Part shown: positions 48,698 through 58,776 of the stretch, piece after piece
Numbering within the stretch: the stretch's first letter is position 1
How the letters are laid out: each line of letters starts with the position of its first letter
Assembly (NCBI GenBank): GCA_002787355.1
Contig: PCWN01000007.1
Location: forward strand, 248,996 to 312,995
Direction: 5' to 3'
From: Candidatus Magasanikbacteria bacterium CG11_big_fil_rev_8_21_14_0_20_39_34
Lineage (GTDB): Bacteria > Patescibacteriota > Patescibacteriia > Magasanikbacterales > UBA922
DNA length: 64,000 bases
Position numbers and translations under genes: made by a program
The notes under the pieces: model-generated
Databases searched by the model: none
What the model was told of the DNA's origin: nothing
The model's input: the letters and a program-made list of their open reading frames with translations, nothing else

Positions 48698-49471
48698 TTA
48701 GGAGCTTTTCTTTTTCCTCAAAAATATCCAAACTCCCAAACAGAACAAGACTATAGAAAAATATTGCGCCGGTGTCAAGCCCAAAATACGCACGTCCGAG
48801 TAGATAAGATCCGTGGCTCTATAGAAATCAAGAAAAAATCGTACAAAACCGTAGTACATGGCCACTATTCCTGCAAAAAACCCTGTGGAAAATTTCTTTT
48901 TGCGGACAAAGAAAAAGGCAAGAGCAAGCGGAATCATGGCAAGAATTTCCATCAACGCCATGTCCAAGCGTGGTCCTCCCGGACTTTTGAGTGCTAAAAG
49001 AGAATGAGACAACGTTCCCGGATGATCATGGATAAGAAAACATCCTACTCTTCCAACAATCCAACCAAACACCGCTCCAAACGCAAAGATATCCAAAATT
49101 TCTGATAAATCCTTTTTGGAAAACGATGCTTTTTTTCTGGCGTAGTAGAGTCCACCCAAAAATGCTCCAACAAAACCTCCGTAGGAAGAAAGTCCCCCTT
49201 CCCATACTTTTATAATATCTATGGGATGAGCCAGGTAAAATGACAGATCATAAAAAAGAATATGAAAGACCCGAGAAAAAACAAGACCAAAGAGAATAGC
49301 ATAGCTTGCCATATCAATAAGTTTTTCTGCCACTTCTTTTGAAAACAGTCTTTTTGCTCTTTTATAAATAATAAAAACAGAAAGTAACATTCCAAGCGCA
49401 ACAAAAAATCCCCATACTTGAATAGGTATGGGACCCAGATGTACAACGGTAAATTGAAAGTATGGAATCAT
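48698..49471 (-). CDS. lgt: Prolipoprotein diacylglyceryl transferase
   Basis: A polytopic membrane protein with the Lgt signature region GRVGCFLIHDHPG and a typical N-terminus. Confidence 0.85.
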   Translation of the reverse strand: MIPYFQFTVVHLGPIPIQVWGFFVALGMLLSVFIIYKRAKRLFSKEVAEKLIDMASYAILFGLVFSRVFHILFYDLSFYLAHPIDIIKVWEGGLSSYGGFVGAFLGGLYYARKKASFSKKDLSEILDIFAFGAVFGWIVGRVGCFLIHDHPGTLSHSLLALKSPGGPRLDMALMEILAMIPLALAFFFVRKKKFSTGFFAGIVAMYYGFVRFFLDFYRATDLIYSDVRILGLTPAQYFSIVLFCLGVWIFLRKKKSS

Positions 49472-49477
49472 AAAAAA

Positions 49478-50824
49478 TTAGTTACTTTTCCACTCTGAAA
49501 TAACTTCAAAAATTTGTTCTTCGTTGTCTACTATCTGGTAGAGCTCATCATCTTCATCAGAAACTGTATCTACATCATGCACCAATACCTTCTTGATAAA
49601 TTTGTGAAGTGGCAACCAAAATTTATGATCCACAAGAATAACCGGACGTTTCTTTATCTTACTTGTTTGCATCAATGTTAACACCTCAAAGAGTTGGTGC
49701 AAGGTACCAAACCCTCCAGGAAAAAATATAAAGGCATCAGAAGGTGCTGTCACAATAAGTTTTCTGGTAAACGGAAATTTGAAAATAATAGAATCTGTAA
49801 GGTAAGAATTTACTTCCTTGTGGCCAGCAACTTCCATACCAATTCCAATGGATCTTCCTCCCTCATGAAAAGCTCCTCGATTTACCGCCTCTGCAATTCC
49901 ATATTTTCCTCCTGTAATAACCGTATATCCATGTTTTACCGCCAACTTTCCAACTTTGAGTGCAGACTGATAGTATGGACTTTTCTTTGGAATACTTTTT
50001 GTTCCCAAAATAGTAACATCCTTATCCAGACCACTCACAAATTCAAATCCCTGAACTAACTCTGACATGATTCTAAAAACTCGCCAGTTCACATTTTCTA
50101 AACAGTGAAAGTTATCTGCAGAGAGATCACATGTCTGATTATGTGCGTCATCATGTCCTTTAATATATTTAAAAGCTTCTTGTGCACTGTCTACCACATG
50201 CCAGCTGTTTATTTGTTCTGCGGTCATAGACCCCGCTCCCTCAATGCAACATGATTTCAAAAACTTAATAAGTGGCTTCCAGTATGATGAACCAACGAGA
50301 ATAATTGGTGATTTATTCATCATCCCCAACTCCATAAGGTCTACAACTTCAAAAAACTCATCCATGGTTCCAAATCCTCCCGGAAAATACACAAAAGCAT
50401 GCGCAGGAGACGTAAGCATTACCTTTCTGGTGAAGAAGTAGTTAAATGAAGTAGATCGAGTTACATAAGGATTCAAGACTTGTTCAAAAGGAAGCTCAAT
50501 ATTTAATCCCACAGATTGGCCCTTCCCCTCAAATGCCCCTTTGTTTGCCGCTTCCATAATCCCCGGTCCCCCTCCGGTAATAGTAGTAAAATTATTTTCC
50601 GCTAAAATTTTTCCAATTTCATAGGCTACTTTGTAATAAGATTCATCTGGATGAAATCTGGCAGAACCTAAAATAGTCACTTCATTTTTTAATTCAGAAA
50701 GAAATTGATATCCCTCCACAAATTCCGCCATGATACGAAAAATTCTCCATGATTGACGGAAATCCCCTTTTTCACGCATGATATATCCAAACCTCCTTTT
50801 ATGGTTGTATGGTTTTTTCTTCAT
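49478..50824 (-). CDS. Tandem-duplicated LOG family protein (two TIGR00730-type Rossmann domains fused)
   Basis: It has two copies of the PGGxGTxxE motif (FPGGFGTMDEFFEV and FPGGFGTLHQLFEV), each preceded by a GGGPGIMEA / TGGKYGIAEA nucleotide-binding motif. Confidence 0.75.
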   Translation of the reverse strand: MKKKPYNHKRRFGYIMREKGDFRQSWRIFRIMAEFVEGYQFLSELKNEVTILGSARFHPDESYYKVAYEIGKILAENNFTTITGGGPGIMEAANKGAFEGKGQSVGLNIELPFEQVLNPYVTRSTSFNYFFTRKVMLTSPAHAFVYFPGGFGTMDEFFEVVDLMELGMMNKSPIILVGSSYWKPLIKFLKSCCIEGAGSMTAEQINSWHVVDSAQEAFKYIKGHDDAHNQTCDLSADNFHCLENVNWRVFRIMSELVQGFEFVSGLDKDVTILGTKSIPKKSPYYQSALKVGKLAVKHGYTVITGGKYGIAEAVNRGAFHEGGRSIGIGMEVAGHKEVNSYLTDSIIFKFPFTRKLIVTAPSDAFIFFPGGFGTLHQLFEVLTLMQTSKIKKRPVILVDHKFWLPLHKFIKKVLVHDVDTVSDEDDELYQIVDNEEQIFEVISEWKSN

Positions 50825-50842
50825 AAAAATGATTATGGTGAG

Positions 50843-51046
50843 TTATGTGGTAAACCAAGAACGAATGTCTTTGCAAGCAAAAGTTCTCTCTTCTCCTTTT
50901 TCCGTATCAAGTGCTCGCAAACACCACTGAGCTTCTCCATGCCATGGAGTCTCTGTAAAAATTATTTCTTTTGGAATAATGGTTCGTACCCTTGTTTCTC
51001 CCTGCCAATTGGTATACAAAATTTTTATTTCTTTTTCCTTCTCCAT
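50843..51046 (-). CDS. Small hypothetical protein (67 aa)
   Basis: The ORF is compact between LOG and gatA, with Trp/Glu-rich sequence ILYTNWQGETRVR...WHGEAQWCLRALDTEKGEERTF. The family was not recognised. Confidence 0.3.
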   Translation of the reverse strand: MEKEKEIKILYTNWQGETRVRTIIPKEIIFTETPWHGEAQWCLRALDTEKGEERTFACKDIRSWFTT

Positions 51047-51052
51047 AAATGA

Positions 51053-52474
51053 TTATTGGATCTGATGCCCCACCCTCAACAAAAGTTCTTCAGACATCCT
51101 TTTGCCCATGATCTGCAATCCAACCGGTAGACCCGCAGTAGTATTCCCAGCAGGAAGAGATATGCCAGGGATTCCAGCCACTGCCGCAGGACCTACAAAA
51201 ATATCTGCCAAATACATAGCCAGCGGATCACTTGATTTTTCTCCTAAATCAAATGCCGGAAATGGTGACGTTGGTGTTACCAAAACATCTACCTCTCTAA
51301 AAACGCGTTCAAAGTCTTGACTGATCAATGTACGCACTTTTTGAGCTTTTCGGTAATAGGCATCATAGTATCCAGCAGACAATGCATAGGTACCAATCAT
51401 AATGCGTCTTTTTACTTCTTCAGGAAATCCTTTTGCACGAGATTGTGCATATATGCCAAGAAGAGTATCTGCTTCTTCACGGACTCCATAGCGGATTCCA
51501 TCAAGCCGCCCCAAGTTTGAACTGTCTTCTGAAGGAACTAGAATATAATAGACCGGAACGGCATATTTGGTATAGGGAAGACTTACCTCCACCAACTCAC
51601 ATCCTAATTCTTTAAACTGTTGTATTTTTTTCTCAACCAATACTCTTGTTTCTTCATCCATTCCAGCCATTTCAAAATATTCTTTTGGAACTCCAACCCG
51701 TAAACCTGAAATGTCTTCTTCCAAATGTTCTCCATAATGTGGAACCGGAACATCTACCGTTGTTCCATCTTTTTCATCTTTTCCGGCCATTGCCTCAAGA
51801 ATGATTGCTATATCTTCTGAAGTTTTTGCAATGGGTCCTACCGTATCCAAAGAACTGGCCATAGGCATGATTCCATAGCGTGAATTTCTTCCATAGCTTG
51901 GCCGTAAACCAACCACTCCACACAAACTTGCCGGAAAACGAATAGATCCTCCAGTATCTTCCGCAATACCATATATACACATATGATCTGCAACGGATGC
52001 CGCAGAACCACCGGAAGACCCACCTGCTACTTTGGAGAGGTCATGTGGATTTTTTACCGGTCCATACATGGAGTTTTCGTTACTTGCACCATGCCCAAAG
52101 GCATCACAGTTTACCTTCCCAAGAATAACGCCACCCTGCTCTTGAATTTTTTTAATAACCGTAGCAGGATAGGGTGCAATATAATTATCCAAAATCTTTG
52201 CAGATCCTGTAGAACGCATATCTTCCACACAGATAGCATCTTTCACTGAATATGGAATACCTGTAAGCATTTTTTGTTGGCCGGACGCAATCATCTCATC
52301 TGCACGTTTTGCCTGTTCCAAAGCAACTTCTGAGGCAACGGTAATAAATGCATTGATGTCTTTATTCCTTTCCTCTATACGCTTCAAACAAGCCTGTGTT
52401 AACTCAACAGAAGAAAATTTCTTTTCCTTTAACCCCTCATAGGCTTGTTTTAAAGTAAGTTCATTCAAATTCAT
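51053..52474 (-). CDS. gatA: Glutamyl/aspartyl-tRNA amidotransferase subunit A
   Basis: The amidase signature GGSSGGSAASVA with Ser-cisSer-Lys triad context. Confidence 0.9.
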   Translation of the reverse strand: MNLNELTLKQAYEGLKEKKFSSVELTQACLKRIEERNKDINAFITVASEVALEQAKRADEMIASGQQKMLTGIPYSVKDAICVEDMRSTGSAKILDNYIAPYPATVIKKIQEQGGVILGKVNCDAFGHGASNENSMYGPVKNPHDLSKVAGGSSGGSAASVADHMCIYGIAEDTGGSIRFPASLCGVVGLRPSYGRNSRYGIMPMASSLDTVGPIAKTSEDIAIILEAMAGKDEKDGTTVDVPVPHYGEHLEEDISGLRVGVPKEYFEMAGMDEETRVLVEKKIQQFKELGCELVEVSLPYTKYAVPVYYILVPSEDSSNLGRLDGIRYGVREEADTLLGIYAQSRAKGFPEEVKRRIMIGTYALSAGYYDAYYRKAQKVRTLISQDFERVFREVDVLVTPTSPFPAFDLGEKSSDPLAMYLADIFVGPAAVAGIPGISLPAGNTTAGLPVGLQIMGKRMSEELLLRVGHQIQ

Positions 52475-52477
52475 ACT

Positions 52478-52771
52478 CTATTCAAAAACTTTTTTTACTT
52501 TGAGTAATGATCCAACCTTTTCTGGAAAAGCATTTATAATTTTTTGTTGAACCGCATCATTTGGCTCTCCCACGGTATCTTCTCGTGTCACATTCATAAG
52601 CCCGGTTACCTGACAGGTTTCTTCTACATCTTCGGTATCTACTTCATTTAATATTTCAATATAATCAAAAATTACCGAAAGTTGTTCGGCATAGATTTCT
52701 TTTTCTGAGTCAGAAAGCTCAAGTCGTGCTAAAAGAGCAATCTCCTCTATTTCATGCGGAGTTAATTTCAT
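52478..52771 (-). CDS. gatC: Glutamyl/aspartyl-tRNA amidotransferase subunit C
   Basis: A 97-aa protein directly upstream of gatA with a typical GatC N-terminus (EIEEIALLARLELSDSEKE). Confidence 0.8.
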   Translation of the reverse strand: MKLTPHEIEEIALLARLELSDSEKEIYAEQLSVIFDYIEILNEVDTEDVEETCQVTGLMNVTREDTVGEPNDAVQQKIINAFPEKVGSLLKVKKVFE

Positions 52772-52869
52772 AGTGAATTTAGTCCTATTTTAATACAATG
52801 TAGCCTTCTATGCAAGTTCTCTTCTTGCTCTGAGACACTAGACATTTCTTTTTTTCTATGCTTAAATGA

Positions 52870-53040
52870 AAGAGCTATTGCCCACCACGGCAAAGAGGGG
52901 TTTCCCTGATCGTCAGGGAGTCGGCAGTCCACCAAGTTGGGGCAACCGCGAGGTCTGTGTCCAATGCCGATAAGCGCTTTCTTCCTCGGTCAAAAGCGCT
53001 TACCCTCTTGACCCAACCCCAAAAAAAGGATAAGTATGTA
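52870..53040. ncRNA. GC-rich multi-hairpin structured element of unknown function; strand unresolved
   Basis: It has consecutive perfect hairpins: UUGCC-N7-GGCAA, CCCUGA-UCG-UCAGGG, and AAGCGCUUU-N11-AAAGCGCUU. Its GC content is well above the local background. Both strands carry only short overlapping ORFs. A weak hairpin plus T8 follows at 53043-53070. Confidence 0.3.
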
Positions 53041-53089
53041 AAAAAGCCCTTAATTTAGGCTTTTTTTTGTTTTATACACAGGTCTCCTC

Positions 53090-53118
53090 TTGACAAAATA
53101 TAAAAAATGGTATATATT
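53090..53118 (+). promoter_or_regulatory. Near-consensus sigma70-type promoter (TTGACA-17 nt-TATATT)
   Basis: TTGACA is at 53090-53095 and TATATT at 53113-53118, with a 17-nt spacer. Confidence 0.5.
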
Positions 53119-53123
53119 GGCGA

Positions 53124-53357
53124 GTCGACGTCTGAAGATTCAGGTAGTTGAAGAAAACCGGAAGGACATAGAAGCCTTCAACAAACGGTATTCCGAAAAC
53201 ACCCACACCCGAATCGACGGATTCTCTCACCCTCTGACCGAGGACCACCAGTCTCGACCTTTGCCCGGGGTCACTGGTGATGGAGGGATCGTCTCGAGCT
53301 CCAAGCTCCTGACGTCGACACTCCAATAAAGAGTCTCAATAATGGGGCTTTTTTTGT
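53124..53357 (+). ncRNA. Candidate sRNA of about 230 nt (identity unknown)
   Basis: It lies downstream of the promoter above. It is GC-rich. A 5' GAGUCGACGUC pairs with a 3' GACGUCGAC-A-CUC closing stem. An internal stem is GUUGAAG...CUUCAAC. It ends in GGGGCUUUUUUU. The overlapping 79-aa ORF (53090..53329) starts at TTG inside the -35 box and is rejected as coding. Confidence 0.4.
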
Positions 53358-53421
53358 TTGTACAAAATTTTTTTGTATTGTATAAAGATTGTCTGTCATT
53401 AACTGGATTACGTGCAGGTAG

Positions 53422-53533
53422 GTAGATTGCCACGCTGTATACTCAGCTCGCAATGACAATTTGTCTCTGCCTCCGGATGACCCCCTCCTCTCCGTCATTG
53501 CGAGGAGTCCGTAGAGACGACGTGGCAATCTTC
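53422..53533. repeat. Long nested near-perfect palindrome (stem-loop of about 110 nt) immediately 3' of ligA
   Basis: The outer arms are GTAGATTGCCACG / CGTGGCAATCT(T)C. The inner arms are ACTC-ag-CTCGCAATGAC / GTCATTGCGAG-GAGT. This gives about 26 bp of pairing around a 36-nt C/U-rich loop (GTCTCTGCCTCCGGATGACCCCCTCCTCTCC). Confidence 0.5.
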
Positions 53534-53550
53534 GTGTTAGAAAAGAAATT

Positions 53551-55611
<2,061 letters not shown>

Positions 55612-56538
55612 CTACTTTATAAGTGCGGAACCTTCTTCAGAAAATGGGTTCCCCTTTTTGTATTCACTCCACGCCTGAAAAACATAGGCAACGGTTTTCT
55701 CAGGAAATTCGGTATCTGCAAACCAACCACAGATCCCACTTTTTTCTTTTTCACTTGCAAATGGTTCTCCTTCCCATTCTTCACACATAAAATATATATC
55801 CATGTATGCTCGTCCTCGGTTTCTATATCGAGTATGAATGTGCTTTAAATTTTCCTTCTTGATGTGAACTCCTGCTTCTTCTTCTGCCTCACGAATAGCC
55901 GCACTATACAAAGATTCTGCCTCCTGTGCATGTCCGGAAGGAAGTCCAAAAAAACCATCCATATACCCAGTATTTGCTCGCTCTATAAGGAAAATTTTAT
56001 TTTCTCGTACCAAAAATACAAACACCGCAACATGCGTTTGCAAACGTACTTCACCGGTCTCTGGGAGATCAGAAAATGGGACCGTAATTTTTTCTTCTTC
56101 TTTTATATTCAACTGATCACGACATTGCGATACCATGGCCTCTGCATCTTCATCATTTTCTAGTGTAAAAATAAGAAAATCACCTCTTCCGGAAATATGA
56201 TGTGTAGAAATTTCCATTCCTTGGTAACTCCAACAATGTGTTGTTCTATGCAATACTGCTTTTACTCCATACTTTTCTGAAAGTTCTGCAATTTTTGCCT
56301 CTACATCCTGCAATGGCGTATTTTGAACCAAATCAAAGCCCGAATTTCTTTTTTTTAACTCTATAAGAGTCTGGGATCTCCCCTCTTCTATAATTTTTAC
56401 TACACCACCATCTGGCACTGCAAAATAAATATCAATTACTTGTTTTTCTAATTCAAAAATTGCCCCAAATGCAGAAAGTGCATGATCCATTTTGTGAATA
56501 GATTCTATACGATATTTTATTTCATGTTTCATACACAA
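55612..56538 (-). CDS. CYTH (CyaB/thiamine-triphosphatase-like) domain fused to a NUDIX hydrolase domain
   Basis: The N-terminal half has the CYTH pattern (HEIKYRI, QVIDIYF, LIELKK, GDFLIFTLE). The C-terminal half has the Nudix box GHAQEAESLYSAAIREAEEEAGV. Confidence 0.6.
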   Translation of the reverse strand: MCMKHEIKYRIESIHKMDHALSAFGAIFELEKQVIDIYFAVPDGGVVKIIEEGRSQTLIELKKRNSGFDLVQNTPLQDVEAKIAELSEKYGVKAVLHRTTHCWSYQGMEISTHHISGRGDFLIFTLENDEDAEAMVSQCRDQLNIKEEEKITVPFSDLPETGEVRLQTHVAVFVFLVRENKIFLIERANTGYMDGFFGLPSGHAQEAESLYSAAIREAEEEAGVHIKKENLKHIHTRYRNRGRAYMDIYFMCEEWEGEPFASEKEKSGICGWFADTEFPEKTVAYVFQAWSEYKKGNPFSEEGSALIK

Positions 56539-56942
56539 TTTTTAAGAGCAAAACGAGCAGAATCTGAGAGATCCATTTTTTCCAATGCATACGAAATGGA
56601 AACAAATCCATATCCCTGCCCTTCTTGTAAATTAATAGCTACGGGTTCTAAAAAATGAGCTTGAAAAAAAGTATACAAACAATCTATCCCAGGAATAGAA
56701 ACATTTTCCATACAAACGTCAAACGGAATTCCCGACAACCCTGTTTCTTCTTCTACCTCTCGAGAAATTGCCTCTCTATCTGTTTCACCTTCTTCCACAT
56801 GACCACCAAAAAGCGACCATTGATTTGGAAAGGCTATCTCTGGTTTGTTATCCCGATGCATTAAAAGGATTCGTCCCTTATCATCAAAACACAATGCACC
56901 TACAATTTTTTTTATCATACTGTAAGAAACCTTAAGTACCAA
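56529..56942 (-). CDS. NUDIX hydrolase (MutT-like)
   Basis: The Nudix box is GGHVEEGETDREAISREVEEETGL over 137 aa. Confidence 0.75.
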   Translation of the reverse strand: MVLKVSYSMIKKIVGALCFDDKGRILLMHRDNKPEIAFPNQWSLFGGHVEEGETDREAISREVEEETGLSGIPFDVCMENVSIPGIDCLYTFFQAHFLEPVAINLQEGQGYGFVSISYALEKMDLSDSARFALKNCV

Positions 56943-57697
56943 TCAATGACAGCCGTCCCCCATAACAGTGTGGCAAAAGTAGCAATACTTAAATATGTTC
57001 CAAATGGAGTCTGAGAAGCGAGAGTCTTTTTCTTGAGTGCTACTAGCACCAAACTCACCAAAGCACCGCCTACATATGCTAACATAAGTGCTACCAAAAT
57101 CCCAGGAAACCCAAGTATTACCCCCATAAAGAATCCAAGACGCACATCCCCACCACCAATCCATCTTCCTTTTGAAAGCATATATTGCAAAAAGAAAAAA
57201 CCAAAACCTATGAGAATACCCCAGGCAAGGCTATTGAAGCTCTGCCATCCAAAAAATACTGCAAAGGGAAGCAAAAGGACAGCTGGAAGCGTAGACCAAG
57301 CATCGTGAATCTCACCAAATTTTAGATCATAAAAAAAGGTAAATCCAAGAATACAAAATAAAATGAGATTTCTAAAAAAAAGCAAAGAAAACGCATACTG
57401 GTCCGCAAGCAAGATAAGACAAAAACCAAGAGCAAAACCAAGTTCTGCAAGAAAAAACGTGTAGGAAAGACGTTCTTTGGTATATCTGGATCTTCCTCCT
57501 TGGAGAATAAAGCTTACCAAAGGAATATTTTCAAACCAACGCAAAGCCTTTTCCGTATGAATGCATTTTGATCTTCCACGGAAAATAGATTGCCCATGAT
57601 GTTTTCTGTATACCCAAGCATGGATAAAACTTCCAAAGCAGGCCCCAAGACAAAATAATACAAAAAGTAAAAGAAAATTCTCCATATGGGATATCAA
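56915..57697 (-). CDS. pilD: Prepilin peptidase (A24 family)
   Basis: A polytopic membrane protein with GGGDVRLGFFMG (the A24 catalytic Asp context) and an N-terminal Cys-containing cytoplasmic segment. Confidence 0.8.
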   Translation of the reverse strand: MISHMENFLLLFVLFCLGACFGSFIHAWVYRKHHGQSIFRGRSKCIHTEKALRWFENIPLVSFILQGGRSRYTKERLSYTFFLAELGFALGFCLILLADQYAFSLLFFRNLILFCILGFTFFYDLKFGEIHDAWSTLPAVLLLPFAVFFGWQSFNSLAWGILIGFGFFFLQYMLSKGRWIGGGDVRLGFFMGVILGFPGILVALMLAYVGGALVSLVLVALKKKTLASQTPFGTYLSIATFATLLWGTAVIDWYLRFLTV

Positions 57698-57773
57698 AAA
57701 TAATAGTTATACCTATTATACCACAAAAAAACACCGCTCCTTTGAGGAACGGTGTTTTTGACTATATCCACGA

Positions 57774-58217
57774 CTAGTTTGTTATACCATCTTGTGTTGC
57801 AGTAAATGCTCCTGCGTTAAGTGGTGAAACATTTGTCTCAAGAGATCCTGTAATCGAAAATCTTGTACCGGTAGAAGAGTATCGATATTCAAAACTTCCC
57901 GGGTCAGATGGAACGAGTCCCATATATGGACTAGATCCACAACTTGCAGCATCCGTAAATCCACTTGCAGCATTTAGACAGGTTGTCGTAGAAGCTCCAA
58001 GAACGATGCCTTGTTGACTTGGGTATGCGTTTTGATCGGTATAATACAGTTCCAAAGCTGTTTGGACCTGTTTTATATCTGAAAGACGTTTTGAGTCTCT
58101 TGCTTTTGTTCTTGCAGAACCGAGTGCGACTACAGCAAGTGTAGACAACAAACCGATGATTGCAATTACAACCAAAAGCTCAATAAGTGTAAAACCCTTT
58201 TTATTCATGTTTGTCAC
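57774..58217 (-). CDS. Type IV pilin / pseudopilin
   Basis: The N-terminal class III signal and methylation motif [27 protein letters not shown]. Confidence 0.8.
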   Translation of the reverse strand: MTNMNKKGFTLIELLVVIAIIGLLSTLAVVALGSARTKARDSKRLSDIKQVQTALELYYTDQNAYPSQQGIVLGASTTTCLNAASGFTDAASCGSSPYMGLVPSDPGSFEYRYSSTGTRFSITGSLETNVSPLNAGAFTATQDGITN

Positions 58218-58288
58218 CTCCCCTCATAGTGGTTTCGTTCATATTTGAATCCATCAAAAAGCAGACGCTACAATCTCTGTAACATCTC

Positions 58289-58675
58289 CTAAATATTTAG
58301 GACTTTTTTTACTTTCTCCACCGTTTCAGATGGCTTGAAATGAGCCTTGATGAGGTAGTCCTCCGCTCCAAGGTCAAGCCCTTTGTCTACATCATCCTTT
58401 TGACCAAGATTGGTTAAAAGGATAACGGGAATATCGGCAACTTCTTTGTCTGCTTTGGCATGCTCGAGTACCGTAAACCCATCCATTTTGGGAAGCAGGA
58501 TATCTAATAAAACAATATCTGGTTTTTTCTTTTTAATATCTGCAAGTCCAGATTCACCATTATCTGAAACGCTTACCTTGAACCCTTCCATTTCAAATTT
58601 AGTTTTGTAAATATTTGCCAAAAACGAATCATCTTCAATGATAAGTACATGAACGTTTTCTACTTTTTTGGGCAT
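58289..58675 (-). CDS. Stand-alone response-regulator receiver (CheY-like) protein
   Basis: The acidic pocket DD, the phospho-acceptor context DIVLLDILLPKMDG, and T/K signature residues over 128 aa. It is embedded between pilM and the pilin gene. Confidence 0.8.
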   Translation of the reverse strand: MPKKVENVHVLIIEDDSFLANIYKTKFEMEGFKVSVSDNGESGLADIKKKKPDIVLLDILLPKMDGFTVLEHAKADKEVADIPVILLTNLGQKDDVDKGLDLGAEDYLIKAHFKPSETVEKVKKVLNI

Positions 58676-58776
58676 AAGGAATGTAATTTAAACACTTCAA
58701 ACTTAGTATATCAAAATATTGGTTTTCCTACAACACTCACATTATTCTACAAAAAGAAAATTATTGCAATACAGTT

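Noticed and set aside
52772-53080. A T-box leader upstream of gatCA, which is known in some Firmicutes
   Set aside because: Reading the minus-strand RNA I could not find the T-box consensus (AAUUAGGGUGGUACCGCG) or a specifier/antiterminator arrangement. Only loose resemblance (UUGGUGGACUGCCG) was seen.
53090-53329. A 79-aa plus-strand ORF (TTG start) and three overlapping minus-strand ORFs (53072..53326, 53227..53433, 53271..53597)
   Set aside because: They overlap one another in several frames. They lie in a GC-rich, hairpin-dense spacer. The TTG start sits inside a consensus -35 box. Their composition is unlike genuine genes here. They are interpreted as chance ORFs over structured RNA.
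53463-53493. The C/U-rich loop of the palindrome resembles the 16S rRNA 3' end / anti-SD (GGAUCACCUCCUU)
   Set aside because: The similarity is partial (GGAUGACCCCCUCCUCUCC). There is no rRNA context. It is probably chance or convergent pyrimidine richness.
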